Origin: Octopus bimaculoides | Taxonomy: Eukaryota | Direction: 5' to 3' | DNA: 64,000 nt | Assembly (NCBI RefSeq): GCF_001194135.2 | Contig: NC_068996.1 | Location: 38,580,223-38,644,222 of the forward strand | Shown here: piece by piece, positions 11,430 through 24,349 of the stretch | Numbering within the stretch: position 1 is the stretch's first letter | Layout: every line of letters starts with the position of its first letter | The notes under the pieces: generated by a model | Databases searched by the model: none | What the model was told of the DNA's origin: nothing | What the model saw: only the letters and a program-made list of their open reading frames with translations | Position numbers and translations under genes: made by a program

Positions 11430-11760
11430 CAACTGAGATAGTATTAAATTAAAATTGACATTTATGTATTGTATTTAATGTATACACACCGGAGGCAAGG
11501 AATTCTCATTCAGATATGTGTCTGGCTTTGAGTACAGGTCATTAATGAAACCCAAAAAACAAGCTGAAATGCATCTGGTGTTGTTGCTGGCTGCTGCTGC
11601 TGGGTTAAGTTTTCATCTCCTTTCTTCATGAATTTTGTTTTTAGCACAGTACAACCATAAGAGGGGTTATTTCTGGAGAAATACTGCAGTGACTGGCCTA
11701 TCAACTATGTATGGAGTATGATACATAGACAGCAATTTTAATTTAATACTGTCTCAGTTG
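11430..11760. mobile_element. Unclassified MITE-like element with about 28-bp terminal inverted repeats
   Basis: caactgagatagtattaaattaaaattg at 11430 and caattttaatttaatactgtctcagttg ending 11760 (one mismatch). Confidence 0.55.
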
Positions 11761-11768
11761 CATCTAAC

Positions 11769-11812
<44 letters not shown>

Positions 11813-12294
11813 GTGTGTATATATATATACACACACACACACACACATGCATATATAAATGTATGTATATATGTGTGTATGTGGTTAAGAAGTTTGCTTC
11901 CTGATAACTTGGCATTTAGACTCAGTCCAACCGCATGCTACCTCATAGATGTCCCTCCACTATCCAGAACTTTGGGCATGAAGTTGATAGATGGAAATTG
12001 AAATAAGACACTTCTTTATATCTATTATCACCATCATCATCATCATCATTGCCATCATCTAACATCTATTTTACATGCTGGCATGCGTTGGACACTTTGT
12101 CAAGAGCTGACAAACCAGAGAGCTGCCCCAGGCTCCAATTGTCTGTTGTGGCATGGTTTCTATGGCTGGATGCCCTTCCTAACAGCAACCACTTTACAGA
12201 GTGTTCTTGGTGTTTTTTATGTGGTACTAGTATTAGTGCTTTGTACATGCCACCAGCATAGGTGTTTTATATGTGCCACCATTATGGGTGCTTT

Positions 12295-12575
12295 ATACGC
12301 ATGTCCTCCGCAGTCAGAGCCCATGTCTCACTGCCATGTAACATAGATGTTCTCACACAAGCATCATATAATCTACCTTTCACTCTGAGAGAGAGTCATT
12401 TTGCTGCCAACAGAGGTAGTAGTTCTCTGAACTTCCGCTATCCTATTGTTATTCTAGAAACAATACTTTCAGAGCATCCACTACCATTACTAATTTGGTC
12501 ATCTAAATATCAGAAACTGTCTACTATGTCAAGAGAGCCTCCTGGGCCTTTGAGAGAGTATAAGTCCCTTGCACT
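12295..12575 (-). mobile_element. RTE-clade LINE reverse-transcriptase remnant
   Basis: SLDIVDSF*YLDDQIS..GCSESIVSRI..G*RKFRELLPLL..LSLRVKGRLYDACVRTSMLHGSETWA. Confidence 0.85.
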
Positions 12576-12656
12576 CTTAGTTCTTACTGTCCCAGTGAAG
12601 TCATTCTTTTCCTTTTTCAAATATACCTATCTGTACTGAGGATTTCACACATTTTC

Positions 12657-12759
<103 letters not shown>

Positions 12760-12930
12760 GGCAAATATATTGTTGAAAATGCGCTTAAATTTGAAAAATT
12801 TGTAATTGTTTAAAATTTACATATATACCAAACTAGTTTCAACAATATTTTTTGTTTATCAATGGTAAGCATATAAAATTATGAACTTTTCAACATCTGA
12901 TAGTCTGATTGATGCCATGATACTGTAATA

Positions 12931-12987
<57 letters not shown>

Positions 12988-13783
12988 AAATTTATAAATA
13001 TACGTGTTTGTATGTGTATTGTCTGTGTGTGCGACTTATTTGTCATATGATGACTCAGAGTTTTCATTATTAGCCAGAAGTTGGTTGGTATTGAAATATG
13101 TTTACAAATATTGTTTAACTTTATCTTAACTCAATCTAAATAACGTTGAACTAGTAAGTCTGTTTACATCTTGCTGTTACAAATGTTACAACACATGGGT
13201 AGAGGTGTTGTTTGTTCTTTTGTCAACAGATCATCTGCTCACTTTGTGCCTTCAAAGCCATGTGTAATAAGAGATCCCTTACTTATAAAACCACCGTTTG
13301 CTATTTATCTCTCTCCTTCCCTCTTTCTCTTTCTCTTTCTCTCTCTTGTTGCTCACGCGTGACCATCGTCCATTTCTTTCCTGCACGGATGTTCTAAAGG
13401 ACTGGACGTCCTCTATCTTTCTCTTCTATCTTTTCTCTTTTCAGAGAAAATATTTCTTCCAGCATTCAGTATGTTTCCTCTCGTTCTGGTCTAACGAACC
13501 TTGCACGTCTCCACTGTCCTGTTTTTGTTCCCAATTTTGACCCTCCATAAAATCCAAAATTGATTTTGGAAGTTATGGGAACAACTGTCTTCGAAGACTT
13601 ATATTGTTGTTGATTGCTTGAAATGAGGAGTAGATAGACAGCTGACAACTGATGAAGGGTCGTTCTTTGTGTTACTTGTCTTGTTTTCAATTTTTTTTCT
13701 CTTGTTGTTTGCATATTTAACTCGCTTGTTTTTGTATTTCATGTTGTTTACAGTTGGTGACGTCCTGTACCCATATATGCATT

Positions 13784-13816
<33 letters not shown>

Positions 13817-14798
13817 GTGTGTGTGTTTATGAATGTGTGTTGCAAGACTCCCTGATGTGGAATCATGTGTTGAAACATATTGTTGTATTTCGGGATGGTC
13901 ATTTTCTTTTCTTTTTTTGCCAAATAAACACTTGCGTGTGTGTTATTGTAGCAGTATGACCTTCCACTCATCCCCATCATCTCCCACAATTATCGCTGCT
14001 GCTGCCCTAGGACCCCAAAATTTGGTACAGTTCCTATATCTCTCTGTGTTTGTGTGTTTATCCACAGTGTTGCTATCGTGGTAATTGTTGTTGTTATATC
14101 TAAATATATATTTACTTGTGTATGCTTGTGTGTGTGTGTATGTGTATATATATATGTGTGTGTGTGTGTGTTTTATGTATGTATATTTATGCATATGTGT
14201 ATGTATTTGTGTGTTTGTGTATATTTAAATATATATATTCATTTGTTTTTACAACTATTTTTCCATGCTAGCACTTGTTAGACAAATATATTATTGAAGC
14301 ATTGTTTTACAGCTGGATGCCCTTCCCATTGCCAACCCTTACCTGGTTTTTCGGATGAGTTATCTCTTATTCCACTCATTTTCAAAGGTGCAAAGCCTGC
14401 AGACTATTTGTTGACAGTTTTTTTTTTGTTGGAACAGTGTAAATGTAAACAAGTGCATGTGCGCACACACACACATCTTACTATGTCTCACTCTACCACA
14501 GGTCCCATTCACATTCAGTTAGTGTCAATTCTGTATGCAAGTTTCATTCTCCTTATGCCACACATCTGTAGCTGGGCAGATGCACTCTACATCCAGTTTC
14601 TCTTACGTTGCATTTTTTCTCTCAACTTATTTGTATTCCTTTGTTCAGATCACATTAATATTTCACATTCAAAGGAATAATAAGTTCCTTTCATTTCTTT
14701 CTAATCTTCATATAAACATATTTAGCTGGTTGATCTTAAATCTAGGGTAATATCTAAAAAGTTAACACTACCAAGATTTGTGTCAACTGTGATTTTTA

Positions 14799-15009
14799 AG
14801 CTCATTCTGTGGAAGAATACAATAAGATTTTTCCTAAAGCCATCAAGTTCATGCCCATTCATGTTAGAGGTGACTATAAGGCCATCATCACCTGAGAGGT
14901 GATTCTAAGGCCATCTGAAATGATGGCCTTGTAATCACCTTTAACATGAACAAACATGAACTTGATGGCTTTAGGAAAAATCTTATTATATTCGTCCAAA
15001 GAATGGGCT
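14799..15009. repeat. Long inverted repeat (about 90-bp arms, 31-nt loop)
   Basis: 14799-14888 is the reverse complement of 14920-15009 with about 11 mismatches. Confidence 0.9.
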
Positions 15010-15429
15010 ATAAATGTGTGAGGGGTATGGGGATGTGAGAATGTGTATTATCAACACCATATCATCATCATAATCATTATCATTTAGCAACTACCTTCCA
15101 TGCTAGCATGGGTTGGATGATTTGACAGGATCTGACAAGCTACAGTGTTGCATTCAGCCTCAGTGTCAGCATTGGCATAGCTTTTATGATAGGATGCGCT
15201 TCCTAATGCCAACCACTTTATAATGTGTATAGTGGATACTTTTTCCATGACACCAGTACTAGTGAGGTTGCCAAGTAACTTGCAAATAAATGAAAAGAAA
15301 AAGAAAAGCACCCTCACTCCCTGTCAACTTAGTGAGAGTGTTTCTGAGAGAGGGAAAGGTGGTTTTATGCCAGGTGCTGAAAGCTAAAACATGATAGCTA
15401 GACAATTACAGGTATCTTGCTATAGATGA

Positions 15430-15497
15430 CATGCATGCCTATCCTGCTTTAGCAGGATAGGCATGCATGCCTACCCATGCTAAAGCAGGGTAGGCAT
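15430..15497. repeat. Double palindrome
   Basis: Perfect 19-bp IR with TT spacer (15430-15469) overlapping a second related hairpin. Confidence 0.9.
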
Positions 15498-16359
15498 TGG
15501 TGAGACTAGCGGGAACAAACAAAGATAGTGATGATAGGGTGCCAAAGCATACTTTCAAGGTACAAGAGGATGAATGCAAGGGAGAATGTAGACATTGGAT
15601 CAGGAGGGAAGGAGAAGGTAAATGTGAGAGAAAAGTGGCAAGTGGTTAGAGATGGGGCTAGATGTGTTTGTAATGAGTGATGAGCATGGGTGGAAGTGTA
15701 GTTGAAGGAAAATATTAGCATGCAGTGGAAAGGTGAGAAAGATAAAGTTGTTCAGGAAAGAGATGACAAGCAGCAGCAGCAGCAGAGGAAGTATAGAGAG
15801 CAGCAGTATCATAATCTGTGGATAGATGAGAAAGTAAGGAGATAACACATTGGGTGTGAAAATGGAAGGAGGCAGGAAGGAGATGAACAGTGGCAGAGAT
15901 GGAAGTCAGAGGTACATAAGGATGGCTACAGTGAATGGAGTGATAAAGGTTGATGGGGATGGAGTCAGTGGCAGATATGAGAGAATGTTGTGAATGATAA
16001 CAGATAGGGGAGATATTAATGAGGAGGTAGTGGGGGACCTAAGATGTTGCTCAAAGAGGAGGAAGTGACAATTGAAGGCACAGAAAGGGCATGGGTGATC
16101 TGTGGAAAGAAGTACAGACAGGGATGATAACAAGAATGAGGGTGGGAGTTTTACAAGAAGAGGTTTCAGGGAAAGAGGAAGGTAACAGGTCATTCAAAAG
16201 CAAAGAATGAAATATATGCCAATTCTACTATCAAATGATTGCAGCAGCTGATTAGTACTGTAGTTAGGAGAGTGATGGAGGGATGGATGTCAGAAAGGCG
16301 AGATGTTAAGGAATGCTCAACACATATAGGTATAAAAAGACCAGCATATACAGATGTAA

Positions 16360-16680
16360 ATATAATGCTTTTAGGATCTCGCTTTCACCATAGTAAATTG
16401 CCAATCATCTTAGTCCCATATCATCTCCATGAAGTTTTTAACATCTTGAAATCAACCTTCATTACTTCATCTCCCATCTCTTTGGGTCTTCATCTTTCAC
16501 ATGTTTGAAACAATTGGCACATTTTAAAACAGCTGTCCTCATCCACATGCACCACATGACCAAACCTTTGCAGTATTTTGTTTTGCACACTACATGTGAT
16601 TCCTCTTCTGCATAGTTTTTCTCCTCAACACATTTGCACTTTGTTATATGTGCACACTAACATCAGACATCCAACAGAAT
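16360..16680 (-). mobile_element. RTE-clade LINE 3' end remnant
   Basis: Decayed equivalent of the RTE C-terminus (LRW.GHVVRM.EDSC...GRP..TW). Confidence 0.6.
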
Positions 16681-17173
16681 AGTCATCATTTTAGCGTCCA
16701 AATTTCTGCTCGGATGGAATTCAATGCAGAAGATTTTCTATGAGTGGATGCCCTTCCTGTCATCAACCTTGCCTGCTTCCAAGCATGATTACATACTCAT
16801 ATAGCCAAACATGTTTTTCACAGAAGATTGGAAACAGCAGACATCACTCAAATGATACTCATTTACAACCATCATGTAAGGACAAGCCAAGGGAGTAGAC
16901 ACACACAGACACTCACACACACGCACACACACACACACGCGCATGATGGGCTTCTTTCAGTTTCTGTCTATTAAATCTGCTCAAGGCTTTGGTTGGCCTG
17001 AGGTCGTAGTGAATGCCACTTTCTCCAAGGCCGCTGCACAGTGGGACTGAACCCAAACCATATGGTTGGGATGCAAGTTAACCACAGCCATGCATCAATT
17101 TTATATATGTATATATAGATACATATGTCTCTATATAGGTATATATACATGCATTTGTGTGTGTATGTGTGTA

Positions 17174-17218
<45 letters not shown>

Positions 17219-17288
17219 AAGAGTGATGGAGGGATGGATGTCAGAAAAGTGAGACATTAAGGAATGCTTAACACAAACAGATAGGTAT

Positions 17289-17472
17289 NNNNNNNNNNNN
17301 NNNNNNNNNNNNNNNNNNNNNNNNNNNNNNNNNNNNNNNNNNNNNNNNNNNNNNNNNNNNNNNNNNNNNNNNNNNNNNNNNNNNNNNNNNNNNNNNNNNN
17401 NNNNNNNNNNNNNNNNNNNNNNNNNNNNNNNNNNNNNNNNNNNNNNNNNNNNNNNNNNNNNNNNNNNNNNNN
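17289..17472. other. Assembly gap (184 N)
   Basis: N-run. Confidence 1.
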
Positions 17473-17547
17473 TTAAATGTTGAAGTGAATCTGACGGCTT
17501 TTGTGTGTTATTTTAAATGGCTTATAAACACCTTCCACGCTGCAATT

Positions 17548-17598
<51 letters not shown>

Positions 17599-17688
17599 TA
17601 CATATAAGAGCTCAAGACTGACTTTCTGTAGGAACTCCCATATACTGATGATCCAGATCTTATAGCTGAATCTATAATGGAATTGTGA

Positions 17689-17946
17689 AGGTGCATAGCT
17701 CAGTGATTAGAGCATTGAGCTTATAATTTTGAAGTTGTGAGTATGATTCCTAGATTGGGCTGTGTTTGTGTTTTTGAGCAATTATTTTACGTACCTCCAG
17801 TTCACTTATCTGTAGAAATGAGTTGCGATGTCACTGGTGTTATGCTGTATCAGCCTTTACTTTTCCCTAAGACAACATTGGTGGCATGGAGAGGGGATAC
17901 TGGTGTGTAGGGGTGATAACTGGTCTTCCACAAACAATCTTGCCCA
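17689..17946 (+). mobile_element. tRNA-derived SINE, family C
   Basis: A-box-like tagctcagtgattagagc, B-box-like gagtatgattcc, then ttgagcaa..ttt..ccagttcact..gtagaaatgagt. Confidence 0.65.
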
Positions 17947-19118
17947 GAGGTGATAAGGACTTATAACATAGATGACAATTGACTCCTGATGAAGGGTTGA
18001 ACATATGTGTGTGTTTTAAATTGAAAGTTTCTTCAAGACTATCTGCTAAAAGTTACAGACTAGATACAAGGCTGCTGTAAGGTTCCAGCAAGATGCAAGT
18101 TGATATGATACTGAAGATGAGAGCTAAGAGTCAAGCCTAGAAAGCTTGGAAGAAAAACTGGAGCAAAGAACAATATCAAATTGTTTGAAGAGAAGCTAGA
18201 CATTAATTATTCATATCAAGAGTAGAAGCAAAAAATAAAAGATTTGCACATTCTCCATAATGTGAGAATCAGAGGCATATGATGTTCCAGTTTGCAAGGA
18301 AGTGTAATACAAAGAACTGAGATGTGGTTGTGGTGATCTCACATTGCTAAGTCTCATAAAGAAAATGGCAAAAACCACAACCTGTGAATTAACAGGAAAA
18401 CCTGCCCAAACTATATCAGCATAACAAATGAAGGTTGTCATAGATGATGGCAGTGACGGAAATTGAAGTATGCTATACTTATGTCTAGGTCCCTTGCAAC
18501 CATTGTGTTCATGTTTAGTTTCTAACCACTCTCCCCTTCTCTTCATTTATAACTCATCCCTCTCTTGACAGTGTTCCCCCCTCCCTACTATCATTCTTTT
18601 TCCCATTACGCAGCCTGTGTAATAAAAGTTGACATCTTTATCGTTAGCCATTACACTATCTTCCCTCATCACTTGTTCACTTCCAATACTTCCATTCTGT
18701 CTCTTTTCTAGCTCTCGCTTTCTCTCTCACTCGTGTTTCTATTCACTCTCCTCATTAAGAATCTTCATGTAGCTCTCACACTTTCTCTCTTTTTCCTTTA
18801 CTGTCTTCTATCCTTCTTTCACTTTGGTTTTCTTTTCATCATTATCTCGTCTTTCTGATGAGGTCAAGACAACCCTTTGATACAGGTGAATGAACGAACA
18901 AAGTCAGATAGAGAGGATCGTTTTTGTCTTGTTCTCACAAGACAGCTTCACTAGTGCTGATCCAATGATTAAAATGCACCAACTACACTTTGTAAAATGT
19001 TTAGAGAATGGGTGGAGACATTATAGAGATGATTCTTCAATCTTGCCAGGGACATGACGACTTCTCTTGTGTTTGTGCCATGAAAAAATAAACCTGGTAC
19101 ACTCTGTAAGATGGTTAC

Positions 19119-19488
19119 TCTTTTACTTGTTTCAGTCATTTGACTGTGGCCATGCTGGAGCACCACCTTTAGTCGAGAAAATCGACCTCAGGACTTATTC
19201 TTTGGATGCCTAGTACTTATTCTATCGGTCTCTTTTGCCGAACCGCTAAGTTACGGGAACGTAAACGCACCACCATCGGTTGTCAAGCGATGTTGGGGGG
19301 GGGGGGAACACAGGCATACAAACACATACATATATATATATACATATATATGACAGGCTTCTTTCAGTTTCCGTATCAAATCCACTCACAAAGCTTTGGT
19401 CAGCCCGAGGCTATAGTAGAAGACACTTGCCCAAGGTGCCACGCAGTGGGAATGAACCCGGAACCATACACACAGCCACTCCTGCGCC
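19119..19488 (-). mobile_element. tRNA-derived SINE, family B, CpG-retaining, with a short head deletion
   Basis: Reverse complement of the 5719-6085 family. Confidence 0.8.
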
Positions 19489-20692
19489 TGGTTGGTGATA
19501 ATAAGGGTACCCAGCTATAGGAATTCTACGAAAAATGAAATCAAGTAACATGTTCTAGGAGGTAGTAATTCTGAATAAAACTGCCAGACAACTGGACCAG
19601 TCCATGCAAGCATTAAAAAAAGTGGATGTAAAACGATGGTGATATATTCACACACACATACGCGTATCTGAGAGAGAAAGAGAGGCATTACGACAAATGT
19701 GAATGGCATTTCTGATTTCATTTCCTTTTTCTTTATTTGTTCTTATGATATGGAAATACTGTGCGAAACATTCTACAGTATTGCGTGATTCGTACAAAAA
19801 AAAAAAAAAAGTATTTAAGTATTTACTATTAGATTTTTCGAAGAACGTTTTGCGAAAGAAATGAAGAATCTATATATTGCTTGCCAACGAAATGAAAAAT
19901 AAAAGCAAAATAATATTGGGGGAAAAATACCCTTCGTTACTCCTCCCATTTAAAACGACCTTGACTCATTGCGCATTGGTGCCAGTGTAGCGAGAATGAG
20001 GCATCAAAGGTGTGTACACAAAAACACCTGATGACATAGCCATACAAACACGCAAACATAAATGTTTGTGTATATAGCCTGAGATAGACACATATTTACT
20101 CATACACACGTGCACGAACATTAAATAGAATAAGCACACATATTTCTCCGTAGATACACACACACATAAATACATATTATTTACTCAGTAGCTTTGTACA
20201 GTGTACATGCAGTTAATAATGCCATGATAATTGATGTTTCTACAGTATGTCTTTGACTCTTTGAGAAAGTTGAAATATATCAATGTGTAATCAAGAACAG
20301 GCTAGTTTTGTGGGATTATTTCTCCGTTTTAAATCCTGGAGTTTATCATATTGGAAGATCAATTAAAAGTTAAAAGAAAATAATTTTTAAAAAAACAAAC
20401 AAAAATTATAAAATTAAAGCAAAAAGAAAGAAAGGAAAAGGAAAAAAGAGAAAAGGGTACCGTTTTAAACTTCTGCTCCACTATTTGCTATTTAATAACC
20501 TTGTGCAAATATTGTGTAGGTCACATTTAATTTTTTTTTTTTGAATTCTTTGTTTCCATTAAACTAAGGTGGTTGTTTTTTTTTTTTTTTTACTCCTTGT
20601 CTTCAAACTTTTATTACATTATTATCTGCATATTATTCAATGGAACCTGTTAGACGAAAAAGCTGTCTCACGGACAGATCTAGCTAATTAAT

Positions 20693-20706
20693 ACCGGAAA
20701 CCGGAG
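20693..20706 (+). promoter_or_regulatory. Tandem ETS-like motif (ACCGGAAACCGGAG) in the CpG-retaining region upstream of HECTD1
   Basis: CCGGAA core typical of ETS/GABP sites in housekeeping promoters; motif only. Confidence 0.25.
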
Positions 20707-22839
20707 AATCTATTATTATTATTATTATTATTATTTTCTAAAAAATTCCTTCTACTTTGATTTTTAATATTAAAGTAATGCATATTAAGAACGTATAAAA
20801 TATCATTGTATATTGGACTACATATTTTATATTAGTTTGTGTTTTACCTTCTAGTGTCCACGTTCTGTTCTTTTAAAAATTAAAATTTTGAGTATTTCCT
20901 TAATTATTTTTATAATTTTAGAGGTAGACAAAACCTATTTACAATATATTCGCATTGATGAGTTTGTTACTCAACTGTAAACACCATCACCCGTCATCAG
21001 CAGCAGCTGTGGCATCGGCAGTATTATCACCATAACCATTTGACTCTAATAATCAATGTTAATGGGAAGAAAAAAAAATATTCGTTTCCACCTGCAATTT
21101 CGTTTTCGTTACGAAATTTCTGTTTTTAACCTATTACCACCACACACACACACACATGTTTGCGTGTGCGTGAGTGAGTGAGTCTGTGCGTGTGTGTATG
21201 AAATGTTTCATCAGTCTCGCTTTGCAAAATGACATAATTGAAATCACATATGCGATATCTTTTGAGAGCAATATGTAAGTGTATGTGTGTCCAACTATAT
21301 ATGTATACATATATGCATATACATGTATCTATATGCGGGCGGGCACAAATCATATATAAATTAAATATATAAGCAAATTATATTATTTATTCCAAATAAT
21401 ATTGACGCAAACCTTATCGATATATTCTTGAGGTCATTTATATAACTGATATTTTCATTCTTCCTGAAAAATCCAATTTACTATTTTTAAATATGTTTGT
21501 TCCCATTCGTCCTACTGTCTGTCACTCGGTATTTCTGTGTATTTGTACAAACTGTACATAATTTTAGTCAGCCGACGTATTAGTTTTATACAGGAAAGAC
21601 AAGTATGATGAAAGTGTGCATATATGTGTGTATTTGAGTGTATATATATGCGTATGTATGTATATAGTCATTGAAAAGTATATTATATATTCACACACAC
21701 ACACATATATATATATATAATATACACACACGTATAATACAACAGGATATGAACAGGCAGTTGCAAGACATCAAGTCATTTATCATATATTTATACAGAA
21801 GAGGGTACAAAAAATATATACATTTAGGAAAAAAAACGAAAAAATCCTTAACAGTGAAAGTTCAAATATATATATATATATATATACATGTTTATGTATT
21901 TATATATGTAATAAGTGTATGTGTGTACATATGTATATATACATGTATGTGTATATGTATGTATTTCTATACATATATGTGTATATATATATATGTGTGT
22001 ATATTCATATATGTGTATCTACATATATTTATATGTATATATAATGTATATATACATATATATGTGTGTGTATATATATATTATGTATGTATATATATTC
22101 AGACTGATTCTCAGTGTTCTATGTTCTTTCGTAGTTTTCGATAACTTCCTCCACTTCACATCTCGTTACCACCATAACAACCATTATCATATGTACTGTC
22201 ACTATAACTATATATTATCATCGGTTACTATCACTGTTACCTTTCTAATCACCACTATTACCACTCTAATCACCACTATTGTGACCACTATGACTCCTAC
22301 AACAGTTACTCTACTGTTACCGCGACCACCATCATCATCGTTACACTACCTCACTCCTTTCTCCTCTAGCCGTCACTCTTTTCTTTTCTTTTTTTACTGC
22401 CAGTGCAACCACTTCATTTATTGTTACTCCCTCTACCCTCCTGTCTAATCTCTCATCACCGTCGTCACTACCTATAACTGTTACTACTACTGCTGCTGTT
22501 GTGGTATTAATAGTTGTTATTTAACCCCAGGTCACCTATTATCAGAGGCATTCCCTACTTGACTGTGACTGTTATTTCCTCTCTGCAGAGAGAGCTGACG
22601 ACTACATTATCCAACGTGTCCTTTTCTAAGACGATAAGTAAGCTGTGAATCGAGGGATATTTGACTGCTAGTTTTAGCAGGCTGAGCGTCCACATAGAGG
22701 CTCGTGTGGTATTACATGTTGGTAGTGGTAGGAGGAGAGGTAGTGTTAGTGGTAGTAACCGTGATTAGTAACTAAGGTATATATATATATTTATACATAT
22801 ATATATATACACACACACACATATATACATGTTTTACAG

Positions 22840-22882
22840 GCTGCTATTTCTCTCGTAGTGTTGCTGCGTGAGAGTCAGCAAG
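22840..22882 (+). other. HECTD1: 5' UTR part of the ATG-containing HECTD1 exon (3' splice site at 22839)
   Basis: gttttacag|gctgct 43 nt upstream of the ATG, preceded by TA/CA microsatellite; implies an upstream non-coding exon. Confidence 0.55.
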
Positions 22883-23025
22883 ATGGCGGACGTCGATCCA
22901 GAAACACTTCTGGAATGGCTTCAAATGGGACAGCAGGGCGACGAAAGGGACATGCAACTTATAGCCCTCGAACAACTATGCATGTTACTACTTATGTCCG
23001 ATAACGTGGATAGATGTTTCGAAAG
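22883..23025 (+). CDS. HECTD1: HECTD1 coding exon 1 (143 nt, [10 protein letters not shown]...DRCFE)
   Basis: ATG at 22883 in context caagATGG; donor AG|gtaagt at 23026; phase 2. Confidence 0.96.
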
Positions 23026-24316
23026 GTAAGTATATATTTTTTAATCTTTTTTCTTTTTCACCAAATTTGTTTCATTATCATGACAAAAAAAATATTCTGC
23101 TTTTCATATATACTCTTAAAAAATTACTAATTTCCAGGCTTATTTTCTCTCAGAATCTTCAATATTTTTAACGAATATTTTAAAACGTTTATTTAAAATA
23201 TAATTGTTTTTTTTTTTCAATATGGCATATATTTTCTATACAGTAAATATATATTTTTTAAACTGCTTCAGGTGCTATTCTGCTTCAATTCTCCACCCAT
23301 TTTCGTTTTATTTCGCCCCCTCACTGTTTTTATATTAATTACATCAGATTCCGTTCTTCACTTCCTATAACCATTTTTAATTATCATTATTTTGAGTTTG
23401 GTTATATTGATGAATAGTTTCCGTATAAATCTGCTGACATTTCTTGTTAGAATTCCTTACTGTTGTCAGTACATAATTTATTTCCTTTCTGTTAACTTTT
23501 TGGTAACGATTCTATTATATATTACTTAACCCCCTAATGAACTCTTTTGTAAGTTGCAAATTTATCCAGTTAATTACTGAATTTAGTTTTTCTCTCTGTG
23601 TTCAAAAACTCGAATAATAAACTAAATCAAATTAACCTCCAGCTATTTAGAGAAAAACATGCATTATGCTTAGTCATAAAGAATTAAGTTATTAATATTT
23701 TATGAGTAACCAAGTATTCTGCATTTGTTTGTTCTTTCAGTACTATTTAGACGTCTGTTGCTTTTCGAGATGTCTGCAATCTTTAGAATTTAATAAAATT
23801 TCAACTGAACAGTAATTAAGTACATTTGCAATATATTTGTGTATTATGTGTATACTTTTATCTCCATTTTGATTTCAATGTTTAACAAAGTACTTTAGTA
23901 TTCCTAAGTAAAGTAACAAAATTACAACTGATGCATTGAGCAGGTAACTACTTAATCTATCGTGCTTTTTATCTTTTTTTTTTTAATACACATATCTAGA
24001 ATCTCTTTGTTCAACGTCCGTACTTTCATTATCTCCCAGGCAGATTACCTCAAATAATATAGCTGTTTATTTTGTAAGGAAGTGTATTCACCTAACCCAT
24101 CTTCGTTTTTAATGGACTTTCTTGCTGAAGGTTAATGATAGCTACTTTTATTGGAATTACTTGATTAGACTACATCCAATCTTTTCAGGCTCTGAAATCC
24201 TTATTTTCCCAACCATCGTTGTCACTCATGATTTCTAAGCGATACTTCTCAATAAATCACCTGTGTTTTCTGACATTTTGACATATTTTGAAGGCAATTT
24301 ACCATTGATGTGTTTC

Positions 24317-24349
<33 letters not shown>

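Noticed and set aside
13445-13468. 24-nt AG...GT candidate micro-exon (RKYFFQHS)
   Set aside because: It lies within a Penelope-type repeat and has no partner exons
16262-17288. About 70-bp duplicated segment next to a gap edge
   Set aside because: The copies differ at several positions, so not a simple overlap artefact; most likely a minor repeat
21671-22448. 157- and 177-aa ORFs upstream of HECTD1
   Set aside because: TA/CA and CAC/TAC microsatellite translations with no real coding signal
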